A stretch of DNA of 64,000 nt, taken from positions 61,630,001-61,694,000 of the forward strand of contig NC_045707.1 of the NCBI RefSeq assembly GCF_009834535.1, given 5' to 3'. The DNA is from Camelus ferus. Its lineage: Eukaryota. The position numbers and the translations under genes are program-made. The notes below the pieces were generated by a model. That model was not told where the DNA came from. It was given only the letters and a program-made list of their open reading frames with translations, and searched no databases. Positions 50,870-64,000 of this stretch are shown here, piece by piece. The number at the start of each line of letters is the position of its first letter. Position 1 is the stretch's first letter.

Positions 50870-52610
50870 GAAAGTGGTTCCAAGAAACCTATCTGTGCTT
50901 CTAGCCATCAATCTGCACCTGTCACCCATATCCTCATCCTTTGCTTTCCCTCTTGTTTCCATGAATGAACTTGCCCTACCCCCATCTGATAAAGATCTCT
51001 CCTCTTGTTCAGTAAATTCAACTCATCTCATCTCATCGATGACACCTCTCCAGCAATTCTCCCTTCTCTCTTGTTTATCAGTGTTTTTTTCTTATCCTGG
51101 AATAACTTTCAGCAGCATAGAAACCTCCTATGATGTCTTACTGCCACCACCTTATTTCTCTGTTCTTGTTCACAGAAACATTTCTCAAAGAGTTGTCTGC
51201 ATTTCCCCTCTACATGCTCTGTTCTACCAGTCCTGCTTGAACCCACCACTCTCAGGCTTCCAGCCCACAATTTCACAGAGACGGCTCTTTTCAAGGTCAC
51301 CAATGACCTCTAATTGCTGAAACTAAGGTGAAAACTAAGGGGGAATCATTAATTCTTGGCAACACTAACACTTACCAACAGCATTTGGCACAATGCATCA
51401 GCCCATCTTGCTTGAAACACTTGTTTTGCAGATCATCTGATCTCCCCCTGACCTCTCTCTGCTCCTTCTCGGTCTCTTTTGCTGTTTTCTCCTTTGCACT
51501 ATGACTGAATTTTCTAGGAGTTCAGTCCTCAAAGCTTCGCTCTCTCTACTTCCCTCTGTGGGTGCTCTCTTCCAGTCTCAGAAATTTAAATTCCATGTGC
51601 ATGTTCATGCGTCTAGTCCTCGTCTTCAAACTCTGTATTCTTGTGTTCAGCTGCTCTAATTGACATCTCTTCCTAGTTGCCTTGTAGCCATCACTGCAGA
51701 CTTAACATGACCCCAAATGAAAGTCTGATAAGCTCTAAACCAGTTTCTCTAAAAACATTCTGCACCTCAAGATATGGGCAACTTTATGTTGTGACTTCAA
51801 AACAGTGGAGACAAATTTAACCTCTCTGTTTTCTTATTGCCTATATCCTATTTCTTAGAAAATTCTGTTTGCTATGCTTTCAAAATATATCTGGAATCTG
51901 ATACTCCTCTCTGTCTATACCACCACTAGCCAAGTCCAAACTACTATTATCTTACCTGTTTGTACAGTAACCTAACAGGCATTCCTGCCTTGAACCTTTT
52001 CCTCTTAGACCATTCTTGACCAAAACAGCTTCCAGCTCAAAATTCAAAAATGGCATCTCATTACTCTCAAAGTAAAAGCCAAAGTCCTTCCAAGGCTCTT
52101 TGGACTTAGGTCTCCATTTATCTCTGACTTCACTTCTGTTAGTCCATCCCTTTGTTCATATTACTCCTCTCCCACTGATCTTGATGTTGCTCACAGAGGT
52201 TAAGCATTCGTTGGCCTCAGGGCCCTTGCACTTGCTCTTCCCCTTGCTAGAATACTCTTCCCCCAGATACCCATGTTTCACACACTCACCTCCTTCAGCC
52301 CTCTCCTTAAGTGTCATCTCTATAGTAAGGAGATTTAAAATAGTAAATCTTCACTTCTTATACACCTAGACTTTTAAATTTTACTTATTTACTTTTTTTT
52401 TTTTCTCTAAAGAACTGACATGCGATATATGTTACTTATTGGTAATGCCTGTTTTTTGTTTTTTGGGTTTTTTTTTGACTTTCCCCACTAGAATACTTCC
52501 TCCCTGAGGTCAGGGACCTTGGTATGTTTTGATCCTAGTTTCATCTCAGGCACTCATATCAAGGCCTAGCCTAAGGTTTTTGGCACTCAAAAAATATTGA
52601 TTGAATTATG
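50870..52610 (+). mobile_element. Long L2 fragment (about 1.7 kb) with 3' tail
   Basis: 'caaggtcaccaatgacctc', 'cagcatttggcaca', 'ttcaaaatatatctggaatctg', 'cctcagggcccttgcacttgct' and 'ggcactcaaaaaatattgattgaat'. Confidence 0.88.
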
Positions 52611-52659
52611 GATTATAATAATTGACATTAATATTGAGAACATGCTTTTATTACTTAAA

Positions 52660-52890
52660 GGGCAGTACAATCTAGTGGTAAGATTCTTGAGTCTGGAGTC
52701 ATATGGCCCAGGTTTGAATCTTGGCTCTATCATATACTTTGTGATCTTAGACAAGTAACTTAATTATTCTGTGTCAGTTTCTGTAGGTGTCTATATACTG
52801 CACAAGGATGTTATAAAGGTAAACTAATTGATATTTGGAAAACATTTAGAACAGGACCTGACACATAAATGCTAGGTAAATACTACTACT
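52660..52890 (+). mobile_element. MIR SINE
   Basis: 'tctagtggtaagattcttgagtctggagtca...ggtttgaatcttggctct...gtgatcttagacaagtaactta'. Confidence 0.85.
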
Positions 52891-52892
52891 AC

Positions 52893-52893
<1 letters not shown>

Positions 52894-52947
<54 letters not shown>
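52894..52947. repeat. (TTA)18 microsatellite at the MIR tail
   Basis: Perfect trinucleotide run counted directly. Confidence 0.97.
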
Positions 52948-52950
<3 letters not shown>

Positions 52951-53498
52951 TTATATCTGAACTAGACATGTTTCAAAACTATGCTCAGAAGTAAAATATA
53001 TTGATATATTCGTGTTTACAAGACTAGTTTGATTATACATAATCATTAATATTGTTTCTCTTAGATCCTCTTTTATGGGGGAACACGTTGTACCAATCCC
53101 TATATACAAATGTCACGCAGTACAGTGAGTGTGGGTTTTGGGAATCAGATTTGTGTCCCCAGTCCTCCCACTAGCTGTGAGGATTTAGGTTACCAATGTC
53201 AAATTTTATTCACCTCATTTAAAATAGGGTATTTTTGTACCACAAAACATATAATAAGCAAATGAAGTAACAGATTCAGAATGCCCTGCAGAATGGTTGT
53301 TACTAAGGCAGTCAGTTACTCAGTGAGGAATAAGGATCAACCCCCAGGACATGTAACTGTTGTCCTTGCTTCGATATCTTGCAGAAAGTTACTGGTGGAA
53401 TTTTATGAGTGGCTTTATTTTCGGGTTTCAAGAAAATGAATAAGGACAAATCATAGACTTTCCTCACCAAGTCTACATAACAACAATAAGGAAAGGAA

Positions 53499-53500
<2 letters not shown>

Positions 53501-53540
<40 letters not shown>
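53501..53540. repeat. (CA)20 microsatellite
   Basis: Perfect run counted directly. Confidence 0.97.
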
Positions 53541-53543
<3 letters not shown>

Positions 53544-56500
53544 TTGGGAACCATAATAGTGGATATAGAACGCATACATTTAGTCTGACTCGTGGTTGGA
53601 AATTTCCAATTACTTTGATTGGTTGGTTTGTTTTCCTTGGAGTTGGATTTAACCCTTTTAATCGTCTTGATTTTGAGAGCTTATGATTTGTCCTTGGAGA
53701 TTATTTTTCAAGCCATTCACTGCTCTCTGTGGGAAAGCTGGAATGCGTCTCCGGCATTCTCAGTTCTGCCTGCTGGCATCCGGGCCGTGTCTGTCAAGCT
53801 TGCTCTCATTGGAGGCGTCTCGTGTCCCAGTGCTCTTCCTCCAACTATGAAGACCTGCTCTGAGGAAAGGATGAGTTACGCGTTTTTACATCATATGGAC
53901 AGAGTTTAAATCAAAACATTCCATTCCGTGGATTGCTCATTGAACCAAATGATCTTGTAAAATTGAAGGCGTTGTTCCCTGTTAGAAGATCTATTATCAG
54001 TAAACATGTATGGGAGGGGATGTGTTTCATGGGCAGTGGTACATTCTAAAAACTTCAGAAAGCTCACCGTGTTATGAGAACCTAATTTTTTCTGCTCTTC
54101 CCCTAATTAGCTCCATTAAGAGAAAACTCTTTGATCTTAAAAATTTAAAAATAACATAAATATATACATATATATAATTAGAAATATATTATGTATGTAA
54201 TTTAAACTATATGTGTATGTATAATTAGAAATATGTGTGTACATATACATAGGCGTCCAATATTAGAAATCCTCCTTGTCTTTGGCTATTGGTAAAAAAT
54301 ATTGTAGAGGGAATTCTAAAAAATACAGACCTTGAAAAAATGTCTAGACAACATATTTATTGCTACAGCTTTTATTGAGGGCCATTCTGGCCGCTGATGT
54401 GTCCTCTTCCTGGGCCAGCTACTGGGGCCCTCCAAAATCTTAGGTACATAACCATTGCAGATGTCACCTTAGTCATCAAATTTGCATCTAATGATTATAT
54501 TTGAAAAACTATTCCAAGTGATGGAATTTTCCTCTGGAAAAGAAAAGAGTCAGGTGCCCCCACTACATAATTCTCTCTTTTGTCCCTATTCACTTTTGGA
54601 AAATAGTTTCTTTTTTTTCCTCTCCTGATTCCTATGCATTACACAGAAATTGGCTGTTTAGAAAAAGCTTCCACCACTCACTCTGAGAAAGCAGCTGCTT
54701 GTTTCAAGAAGGTAACCTGATTTCTTCTTTCCATGTAAAAAGGCTGAATGTGAATAAAAATCCAGTCTTGTTGCCTGAGAGCTTCACACACTTTCCATGG
54801 ATGAAGTCACTGTGTGACAAAGCACAGCAGGAGAGCAATGCATGCCAAGAAATTATTCTTGACATATCCCTTGGGCCGTTGCCTTTCTTGTGCTGGGCAG
54901 TCTATCGAGATGTACTGTTATTATTTCCCATTTGGTGATGTGTGTGCATATGCTGTCAGTTTGCATTGCAAGGATAAGCACTTTGAACTTGATGATTTGG
55001 TGTTTTAAATGCCATCTCTTCCTCTTAAATGAAATCTCATTTTCTAGCAATTTCAAGGCTTGTTAAATTCGGCCTCAGAGGAATACATATGCAATTTTTA
55101 TTTTCCTTTTCTGTTCTTACTCTCATCATTTTCTTCTGGTGCTGAGAGTAAGGGAAAACTCCACAGAATTACTAGTACTATATGTAAAGCTTTTGGAAAA
55201 TCTATAAGTGGACAATATGGAACCCTTATTTTTGGTCCTTTTTGATTTCTTAAGTATGAAGTGTGTTTACATTAGTTAGCTTTTAGGAAGAAAAAGTGAT
55301 CTTGGGAACTAGTCAAGTTTTTTCTTTTTTAAGAATGTTCTTTTTGTAAAAATCAGGGTTTCTTTTTGCTCACACACTGTATCAACGTATTTTTGTTGTT
55401 GTTGTTGTTTCCATGTTAAATTCAGAACTACACCCTCAGGGGGTGAAACAGATCAAAGGGTCAACTCTGAAACAAGGTGTGGTTTCTTGGCAAATCACAC
55501 CAAAACTTCTATATATTCTCAGAATAGTTCCAACCTCTGAAATTGCCCCCAGAATGAATTAACAGGTCTGAACACTGTGGGACCTAGAGTTTAACCATTC
55601 TCATTAATGTGAACATTTAATTGTAATAGTCATATTTAATCAAGTAGAACTTGGTTAAACTGCCCTCTTATGCTGTACTGGATTGGATTTTTCAGTATTT
55701 GGGTTATGAATTATAAGTCTCCTCAGATAGAAACTTGTCTTATCAATTTTGTCTATATGTTTGTAATTCTAAGATGGGCCTAAATCTATGTGAAAAAGTC
55801 TCATGTCCAAAATGGCAAATGAGTCTGCCACTAAAATAACAATTCCCAGTTGAAGCATTAACTTAAAATTACCAATAGTCCTGTAACAGAAGAGAGAAAA
55901 CATTCTGCTTTTAAAATGTAGCTTCTTTCCCTAAAAGTGAATTACCATACATAATTTGGTGTTATAATTTATTAATAGGCCAGAATGTGATTGAGGATAT
56001 CTCTCAACCAGCTCCAACTTGGAGAACAAGGCTTATTTCCTTGTTCAGTGCAATAGAAAATTGTTCAGGATATATGTAGGTAAATCTGGCTAAATATTCT
56101 TCCAAAGCAGAGATACAACTACAGGTATCCAGGAAATTCAATAATCATCTAAATCATTCTATATTGACAACATACAAGACATGCTTATTCTTCTTTGACC
56201 TCTTAACAAATGAGTTCTCATTAATAAGTTACATTGATATATATATGGTAAATATATTTATCTACATACACTTATATATGATAAATATTTAGTTCTCACT
56301 AATAAGCTACATTGATTATGAAATCAAAACCAAATTTTAAAATATACATAAACCAGTAACTTTGTGGACTAAAAATGAAGTAATGTATGTGAAGGTACTT
56401 TAAAAAGTTAAAGATTTTTAAAATTTTAAGATTTTATTAAGAGTATAATTTAAATTCAATGTCATGACGTAAGTGACTCGGAAAACCATATTTTCTTCCT

Positions 56501-57669
56501 CATTTGTCAATCAATAGAATTAGGTATTTTAGCATTTAAAGAGCCTTAAAAAAGAATTTGAGTGCCACTGTGGTTAATTGATGGAGAGGTGATAGGGACC
56601 TAGTTCCCCTGGCCTTGTTTAGTAATATTCTCATGTAATCTTCACTTTTGACTAGACCCGAGGTTAGAAAAGCCATAAATAGGAGAAAAATAGGGACTTG
56701 GACGCAAAGTGTGAGACCTAAAGCTTCAGAAAAAAATACCCACGGCAGACGGTCGACTATATGAATGGAATCCAATTTAACGCAAGCTTTCGAATTGCCA
56801 CGGAAGCATTGATCTTTTCGTGATTACACACTGGTTTGATGATCCAGTAGTTTCAGAGTGAGCTTTATTCGTATCTTCTGGGATAAACACTCCTTTTTGT
56901 CCAAATCATTTGGAAATAGTGTGTTTTCATGACCAATATCAAATTGTCCATATGATCCCCCCCCCCCCCAAATACAGTATCATTGTTTGTCTGTGCGTGT
57001 ATGCCAAGGGAGACCAAAAAGCACCTTTTTCCTCTCGTATCTTTAATGGAGATATCTGTTTAGCTGCTTCAAGAATTTGGGGCCATGTATTGTAGGGCAA
57101 GAATAGAAGTTTTTTAAAATAAGATTTTCATTGTGTTCCCTCGATCCTGTCATCCCAAGGATTTCTCAAAATACCACATCAGCGGTTATTTTGTGGAGTA
57201 AACTGTATGTATGATCTGTGCCCCCCAAGAAATATTGCTATTTTTTCTTAAAAACAAGTAAGATCCAAATTGACACTTAAAAATAGAGGATTGTTATTTC
57301 ATTTCTGTATTTCTTCTTGCGTCTATGAAATAGAGCTGTTTGAAATTTTTTTTAAAAAGCAAGCAAATAAATGAATAGAACAGACCCCCAGATCTGTGAC
57401 CCCCTAATCAGACCAGTCTGGATTGCATACTCTTGGAACTCTGGTCTGTTTGGAGGTATTCTTTTACCTTCTTTTTTTTTCTTGTTTTAGTTCTTCATAG
57501 GTTTATTTCAAGTACGTCCAAATCACACACAGTTCTCTAAAGTGATACTGAAAAGCTCTGAGTAAACTGAAATATTCCATAAATCTTACGTCTGTGCATA
57601 TCTTTCTGTAATGACTTTTTAAAAACTAGCCCTCTCTTTTTGAACCACAAAAAGCACAGATCTATGTTT

Positions 57670-58830
57670 TGAAAAAATATGTTTCTTGGAGTTCAATTTT
57701 CATCTACAAAAAGCACCCTTTTCAGGTCGGAGTTTGATGAGTTCTGGTAAATGTATACCGTTGAAAGCAACACCTCAGTTAAAATATAGATTTCTATCAC
57801 ATCAAAGTACGATGCCTCTTTGTATTCAGTCTTCCTTCCCTCATCACTCCCAGCCATCTGAGCCCCTGGAAATCACAGATCTGCCTATTCCAGATGTCAA
57901 ATAAATGGAATCATACAGTGCGTAGGCTTTTGTGCCTGGCTTTTTTCTGCACAATACTTTTGAGAGTCATCAGTGTTGTTGCTTTTTAATTGCTGTATAA
58001 GTTTCCACTGTGTGGATCTCTCACAATTTGTTTATTCATTCATCCGTCGATGGAAGTTTGGGTTGTTTCCAGTTTTTGGCAATTGTAAGGTGAAGAATTT
58101 GTGTACAGGCCTTTTGTTTGACACGTTTCCATTTCTCTTGGGTAATTACCCTATGGATTATTGGGACACATGGTAGATATGTTTGTGTCTTCATAAGAAA
58201 CTGTCAAACTGGTTTCCAAAGTAGTTGCACTACTTTGTATTCTCACCAGAAAACATATAAGAGTTCCAATTGTACTGCATCCTTGCATCCTTGTCAGCAC
58301 TTTGTGTTGTCCTTTTTGTTGCTGTTGTTGTTGTTTTTAAATTTTAGCCATTCTAGTAGTTTTATGTAGTAGTATCTCATTGTGGTTTAAATTGCATTTC
58401 CCTGATGACTAGTAACACTAAGCATCTTTTCATGTGCCTGTTCATCATCTTCATCTCTTGTTTGATGAAGTGTCCAAATGTTTTGTCCTTTTTTAAATTA
58501 GATTGTTGGTTTTCATATTATTGAGGTATAAAAATTCTTTACATATTGTGGATAGAGGTCTTTATTTATCTGATATGTATTTTGCAAATATTTTCTTATA
58601 GGTTGTTGCCTATATTGCCATATTTTTAATAACACAAAAACCAAAGCCAGAAGATTTTATTTCTAATAAAGTCCTATTTTTTTTTAATTTAATGACTCCT
58701 GAGTTCTGTGTCCTATCTAAGAAAGAGTCTAACCCAATTTCGCAAAGGTTTGATTCCAGATTTTTTTCTAGCAGCTCTGTAGTTTTGCTTTTACATTTAA
58801 GTCTATCATCCAAATTCTGTTGATATTTCT
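57670..58830 (-). mobile_element. L1MB-type 3' end (antisense)
   Basis: 'ataaatggaatcatacag', 'gggttgtttccagtttttggc', 'aagaaactgtcaaactggtttccaaagtagttgcac' and 'gtatctcattgtggtttaaattgcatttccctgatgact'. Confidence 0.92.
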
Positions 58831-61594
58831 ATATGATATTTGGGAATCTGCTTTATTTAAACACCTTTACTGCTTCATAATTCCCACTATTTTTCATGTT
58901 GTGTTCCTCTTGATATCTAACTTAAACTCCTAATTTCACTTTTATCTCTAACTGCTTGGACAGAGCTTATAATTTACAATTTAGGAAGAATAAGGAATAT
59001 TAATTTATATTTAAATTTGTAGAGTTTGTTCCTAAGATAAAAATGTATCAAAAACATGGACAGTCAAGGTTTTGTGCTATAATTCTGAATATAATTCTAA
59101 TCGTTGTGATTATACTACATTGAGACTTTGTAAATGTATAGTGTCACTAGTCAATAAGACAGGGGGAACACTGAAATGGTAGTAGCGATACAATTCACAA
59201 AAAGGTAATTATAGGACTACACAATATCTAAAAATATGTGTCTTGTATATATCTTTTACATAAATATTATGTCCACATAAAATAATGTTTTATATTCAGT
59301 ATGCAATGTTATATATCCAATTTATAATATCTTTAGGGAGCTTTATTTATCAATATAGTTTCACTTTTCCTTACTGCCTTTGTGAGCTGGTTTGGATTGT
59401 TAGAATATGCTGTGTGGACGTGCTGTAATTTGCACAGTAAGTACATGTTACCATAAGAACAACAATGAAACCTAAGAGGGAGCAAGCCTCTGATGTCTGT
59501 CTGTTTGAGGGACAGATTGATTATGATTTATCTGAAGTTCCTTACATTTTTTTCTGTTTTGGCTCTTAGGTATGCAAAAGACTGTAGAAGTGGCCTAATC
59601 ATTTAAAGCATGTGTAGGGAAGGAAACATTTTTATTCAACTAAATCTTAGGATAAACCCTAAGAATAAGAAAGATAAGTTCAGAGTAATTCTAATGGCAA
59701 GAGGAGTGAAAATCCTATCCAGCTGAACTTCCTTTATTTCTCTTTCCTTCAACCTTAGCCTTCCCTAAAATATTTTAATAGAACCTAGAGGTTCTGGAAT
59801 ACAATTTGAAAATCATTTATCCAGTCCTTTCCCCTCAATTGTTATGTGTAAATGGAGGTCCAGATAGTTTCCAAAGGTCACACCATTGTTTGGGGTCAGG
59901 AGAAAGCTCTTCTGACCCTGGTCCATGGCTTCAGGCATCCACAGCCCACAGTTATTTTGTTCATTCTGACAAATGTTACAGGTCTTAGAAACATGACATT
60001 CTTTCTTGTGATGTATTTCTTTTGTTTGTCAATTTGAAGTTATTCAATAGAGACTTGAGATTGAAATGGGAATAATAGAAATCTACTGTTTGAGCACAAG
60101 CTGAGTTCTTTATCTTGAGATGATTGGTCATTCAACAACTGTCTAATGAAGCCATAATAACTCAATCAGGATTGAATTCTTAACAATCTCATATCTTTGT
60201 ATGTGAAACATCTTCATGTTCATAGAGTCAGAAGCATTTCTGTGTGATCTTCAAACAGAAAATATATGCCTACAATTTTTAGTTCCAAAGGAAATAGCAG
60301 GAGTACAGAATCCCACCAATAAAGCTGTGATCAAGAAGGACTGATAGACAGCTGGGCAAGCAGCTGGGCCTTTCATGGGCAAAACAAAGCAGAAATGTGT
60401 GAAAACTGAATTTTATTTAAATGTGAACCAAATTCAACTCCAAAATCCCTGGATGCATTGTACAATTATGTGTTTGTGTGAGCAGTATTCAATTTCTTTC
60501 TCTCATTTGAGTCTTAGAAATAGAAAGTAAATTTATCTCAGAACAAATGGCACTTTGCATTTGTGCCAGCCCCCTAGACGCTGCTCATAATTGTTTTGAG
60601 TTAATACATTCCCGTTTTCTCATCACATTTTGCATAAATAATAGTAATACTTCGCATTTCTTAGCAGTACTTCTTTTTAAGATTTGTATCATAAGACAAA
60701 GTTATTAATTCATAAGTTGTCATTAAAGGATGTAGAAGATAACTGGCATTTTTTACTCATTTTCTACCCACAGTGAGGAAAAGTCCTTGAGCTAGGTCAT
60801 ACAGTGAGTCAGCAGGACACTGAGAAAAGAATCCTTCCAGGTTCTCTGACGGCAAAGCCCCACTCTGTGCCTCAGTAGCTCTCCCATCCTTCCTCAGACC
60901 ACACTTGGCTTGTGATTTTGTGCAGCTTCAGAATTCTCCCAGTAGGATTTCTGAGAAATCATTCCTCGAACCAGACCAACACAATTTAAGAATTCCACAG
61001 AGATAGGGGATTTAAGATAGGTTTAGAGTATTTGAAAAGCTTCTTTGTAGTTCTCCATGGAAATAAAACCTGAATCATCCAACCAAGGTAATGGTAATAT
61101 GAAATAAATATTTCACAAATAGCAACAGATTGCAATGTAATATAAGTGCCCAGTGAAACATGAGCACTCCGCGGGCTTCTCATGCATCTTATTAGGAAGA
61201 TCAGAAGCAAACTTCTCTCCTATTAAATGCTGGTAATGTGTTTTAACATGAAATATTTAATAAGATAATCATGTCCTTAAGTTGCCCTTTTCTGGATGAG
61301 AATTGCATCTACTTAATGAAGTTCAGATTGGAGCCTTATTGCTATAAATTCACCACCTCTTTAAGGCTTGAAAATGAGCAAGACTTCTTAATTGTACATA
61401 TTCATAATAGTGGAAATAATAAGCTTTCTTATTACAGAACTCGAGCAGGCAGAAGGTAGTAAATTTAAACCAATGGTTCAAACTGAGCCATCTCATAACA
61501 TGATACTATTCTTATTTCCAAAAGAACAAAACAAAAGGATATTATTAGTTTTTAAAATATTACATATTGAGAAAAACAAACAGGGAGAGAAATA

Positions 61595-61745
61595 GGTACA
61601 AATATCATCTTTATTTTGTAGATGATGAAACTTACTTTTTGAGAGGTTACAAACTTTTTTTCCCCACAAGGTCAAACAGGTGGTAAACAGCAAAGCTTCA
61701 ACTGAAATGCTGGTCTAGCCATCTTCAAAGTCCTTCTTAAAAACC
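61595..61745 (-). mobile_element. MIR SINE
   Basis: 'attttgtagatgatgaaact...gagaggtta...cacaaggtcaaacag'. Confidence 0.7.
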
Positions 61746-61834
61746 ATGATATATATAGGTTTCTAATACTTTTTTTTTTATAAAGTAGAATTACTTCACT
61801 AGTGTGCTTTTATTTTCTCTTTTCGTTTTTATGG

Positions 61835-62410
61835 GCCTTAAAAATAGACTTTGTTTTTGAGCTGTTCAGGTTTTCAGAAAAAAAATGAGCAGAAAGTAGA
61901 AAGAGTTGCCATATGCGTCTTCTCTCCACTCCTCCCATTTACACATCTTACATGAATGTGGTACATTTGTTACTACTGATGGGCCAATATTGATACATTA
62001 TCATTCATTAAAGCCCTTAGTTCACACTTGTTCTCTGTGTTGCACATTCTGTAGTTTTGATAAATGCATAATGACATATATCCATCATTATAATATCACA
62101 CAGAATGTATTCACTCTGCTGAAAAATCCCCTATGACTGTGCTCCACTTTGTCATCCCTTCCTCCCTCCCACAAGCTCCTGGTAATCATTGATCTTTTTA
62201 CTCTCTCCATAGTTTTGCCTTTTAGCAAGATGTATTTAAGTTTCTTCCATGTCTTTTAGTGATTTGATAGCTTATTATTTTTCCATCACTGAATAATATT
62301 CCATTGTGGAAAAGTACCACAATTTGTTTATCCACTCACTTATTGAAGGTATCTTGGTCATTTCCAAGATTTAGAAATAAACGCCGATACAGACTTTTGT
62401 ATGGACAGAT
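61835..62410 (-). mobile_element. L1MB/L1MC-type 3'UTR (antisense)
   Basis: 'gagcagaaagtagaaagagttgccata', 'ggtacatttgttactactgatgggccaatattgatacattatcatt' and 'ttgataaatgcataatgacat'. Confidence 0.85.
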
Positions 62411-62419
62411 TTCATTCCT

Positions 62420-62873
62420 TATTTTTTAATTTTTTAATTTTTTTTTCTTGAAGTAAAGTTGATGTACAGTATTATATGTTACAGGTATACAATATAGTGA
62501 TTCACAATTTTTAAAGTTATATTCTGTTTATAGTTATTGTAAGATATTGGCTATCTTCCCTGTGTTTTACAGTATATTCTTATAGCTTATGTTATGCTAA
62601 ATAGTTTGTAACTCTTAAACCTCTCTCCCTGCCTTGGCCTTCCCCCCTTCCCTCTTCCCACTTCTAACCACTAGTTTGTTCTTTAGATCTGTGAATCTTT
62701 TTTCTTTTTTCCTATATTCACTAGTTTGTTGCATATTTTAGATTCCACATATAAGTGATATCATACAGTATTTGTCTTTCTCTGACTTATTTCACTTAGC
62801 ATAATCCGCTCCAAGTCCATCCATGTTGTTGCAAATGGCAAAATTTGATTCTTTTTTATGCCTGAGTAGTATT

Positions 62874-62925
<52 letters not shown>

Positions 62926-63108
62926 TACCATATTTTCTTTATTTATTCATGTGTTGATGGACACTTAGGTTACTTCCATATCTTGGCAATTGTACATAAT
63001 GCTGCTATAAACATTGGGGTGTGTGTATCTTTTCAAATTAGTGGGCTTTCTCTTTTTAGACATATACTCAGGAGTAGAATTGCTGGGTCATATGGTGGTT
63101 CTATTTTT
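62420..63108 (-). mobile_element. Younger L1 3' end (L1MA9/artiodactyl-type), 5'-truncated
   Basis: T-tail, then 'gaagtaaagttgatgtacagtattatatgttacagg' and 'ttttagattccacatataagtgatatcatacagtatttgtctttctctgacttatttcacttagcataat'. Possible degenerate TSD agatttcattcct (62407-19) / agatttacatttct (63109-22). Confidence 0.9.
62877..62922. repeat. (GT)23 microsatellite inside L1
   Basis: Perfect run counted directly. Confidence 0.97.
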
Positions 63109-64000
63109 AGATTTACATTTCTGTAAATTAAATTATTCTCCATAATTTAAAGTGGAAATTCCTTAAGGGCTTGAGAATAGTGAGGATATTACTTACACTT
63201 TAAACATTATGAGTTGAACTTGACTTAAAATTCTTCTCTCAATCTATGAATTGCAGAATTTTTTCAAATTCCTAAGTCTGGCTAAGCTCATTTCCTAAAT
63301 GCTTAAGGGTAGTAGAATAATGATAACAGGAGTGAGGATGTGCTTTTGCCACCTTTTCTTATTCCTTGGTCTTTTATTACACATCCTTTTAATCTTATTA
63401 TTGCATAATTAGTCACTTGCTTTTACAGTCACTCAGTCTTTCTTCTGAAGAAATAAACCATTTTTTTTCCCTTTGATATGGGTCCTTTGAGTAACAAATT
63501 GACCATATGCTTTTTTTCTATATGCAACAAAAATATATTACTTAAGCATTAAGAACCATAAGGGGACTTAGACAATTTTTATCAGAAGAATATCTTAAAC
63601 AAATGTTATGAGAAAACTCAATGACTAAAGATAAATACAGATTTGCTTTGGTAGAAAAAAAGGAGAATCCACTGGGATTCTTTCCTACTTTCCCCACTTC
63701 CTCAAAACTGTTTCTAAAATATTTTCATGAAATCAACAATATTAGAAAACATTAATCTCATTCACTCTTCTCAGTCTGAATCTCCTATAAGCATGGGGAA
63801 TTAAAGTGTATCTTTATTTCTAAAGGGAAATAAAATTGAGCTGAGCTGATTGCAGTTGATTTGGTTGGAAGTGGCATTAAGTGGTTGAAAGTGCACATTG
63901 TGGGATTTGTCCATTTTGGTATATGGAGAAAATTAAGGACTCCAGCCAAGCTGTGGATGGCCTGTTGTAGGGAGAGGGTGAAACTTGAACTCTATTGAGT

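Noticed and set aside
50835..51320. 161-aa ORF
   Set aside because: Almost entirely within a decayed L2, with a non-ATG start and no recognisable domain.

Overview
AT-rich, CpG-depleted mammalian genomic DNA with no recognisable protein-coding exon, RNA gene or CpG island. The two tRNA-derived SINEs resemble the camelid (alpaca/llama/camel) family as I recall it, so the source is probably a camelid. A large part of the window is decayed interspersed repeat: L1, L2, L3/CR1, MIR, ERV1/ERVL/MaLR solo LTRs, and Tigger and hAT DNA transposons. The track ORFs I could place are repeat-derived, and none of them looks like a real gene. Most L1 sequence is on the minus strand and many T-rich acceptor-like tracts are on the plus strand, which suggests the interior of a long intron of a plus-strand gene that I cannot name. 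I found no convincing new biological system. The best leads are modest: (1) an intact solo LTR with a periodic CCAAT array; (2) plus-strand candidate microexons, exons ending in ATG|GT, and zero-length AG|GT recursive-splice-like sites; (3) CpG-retaining, motif-dense enhancer-like patches; (4) a SINE with a possible 3' transduction. Repeat family names come from my memory of consensus sequences, and boundaries are approximate unless a TSD or TIR is given.
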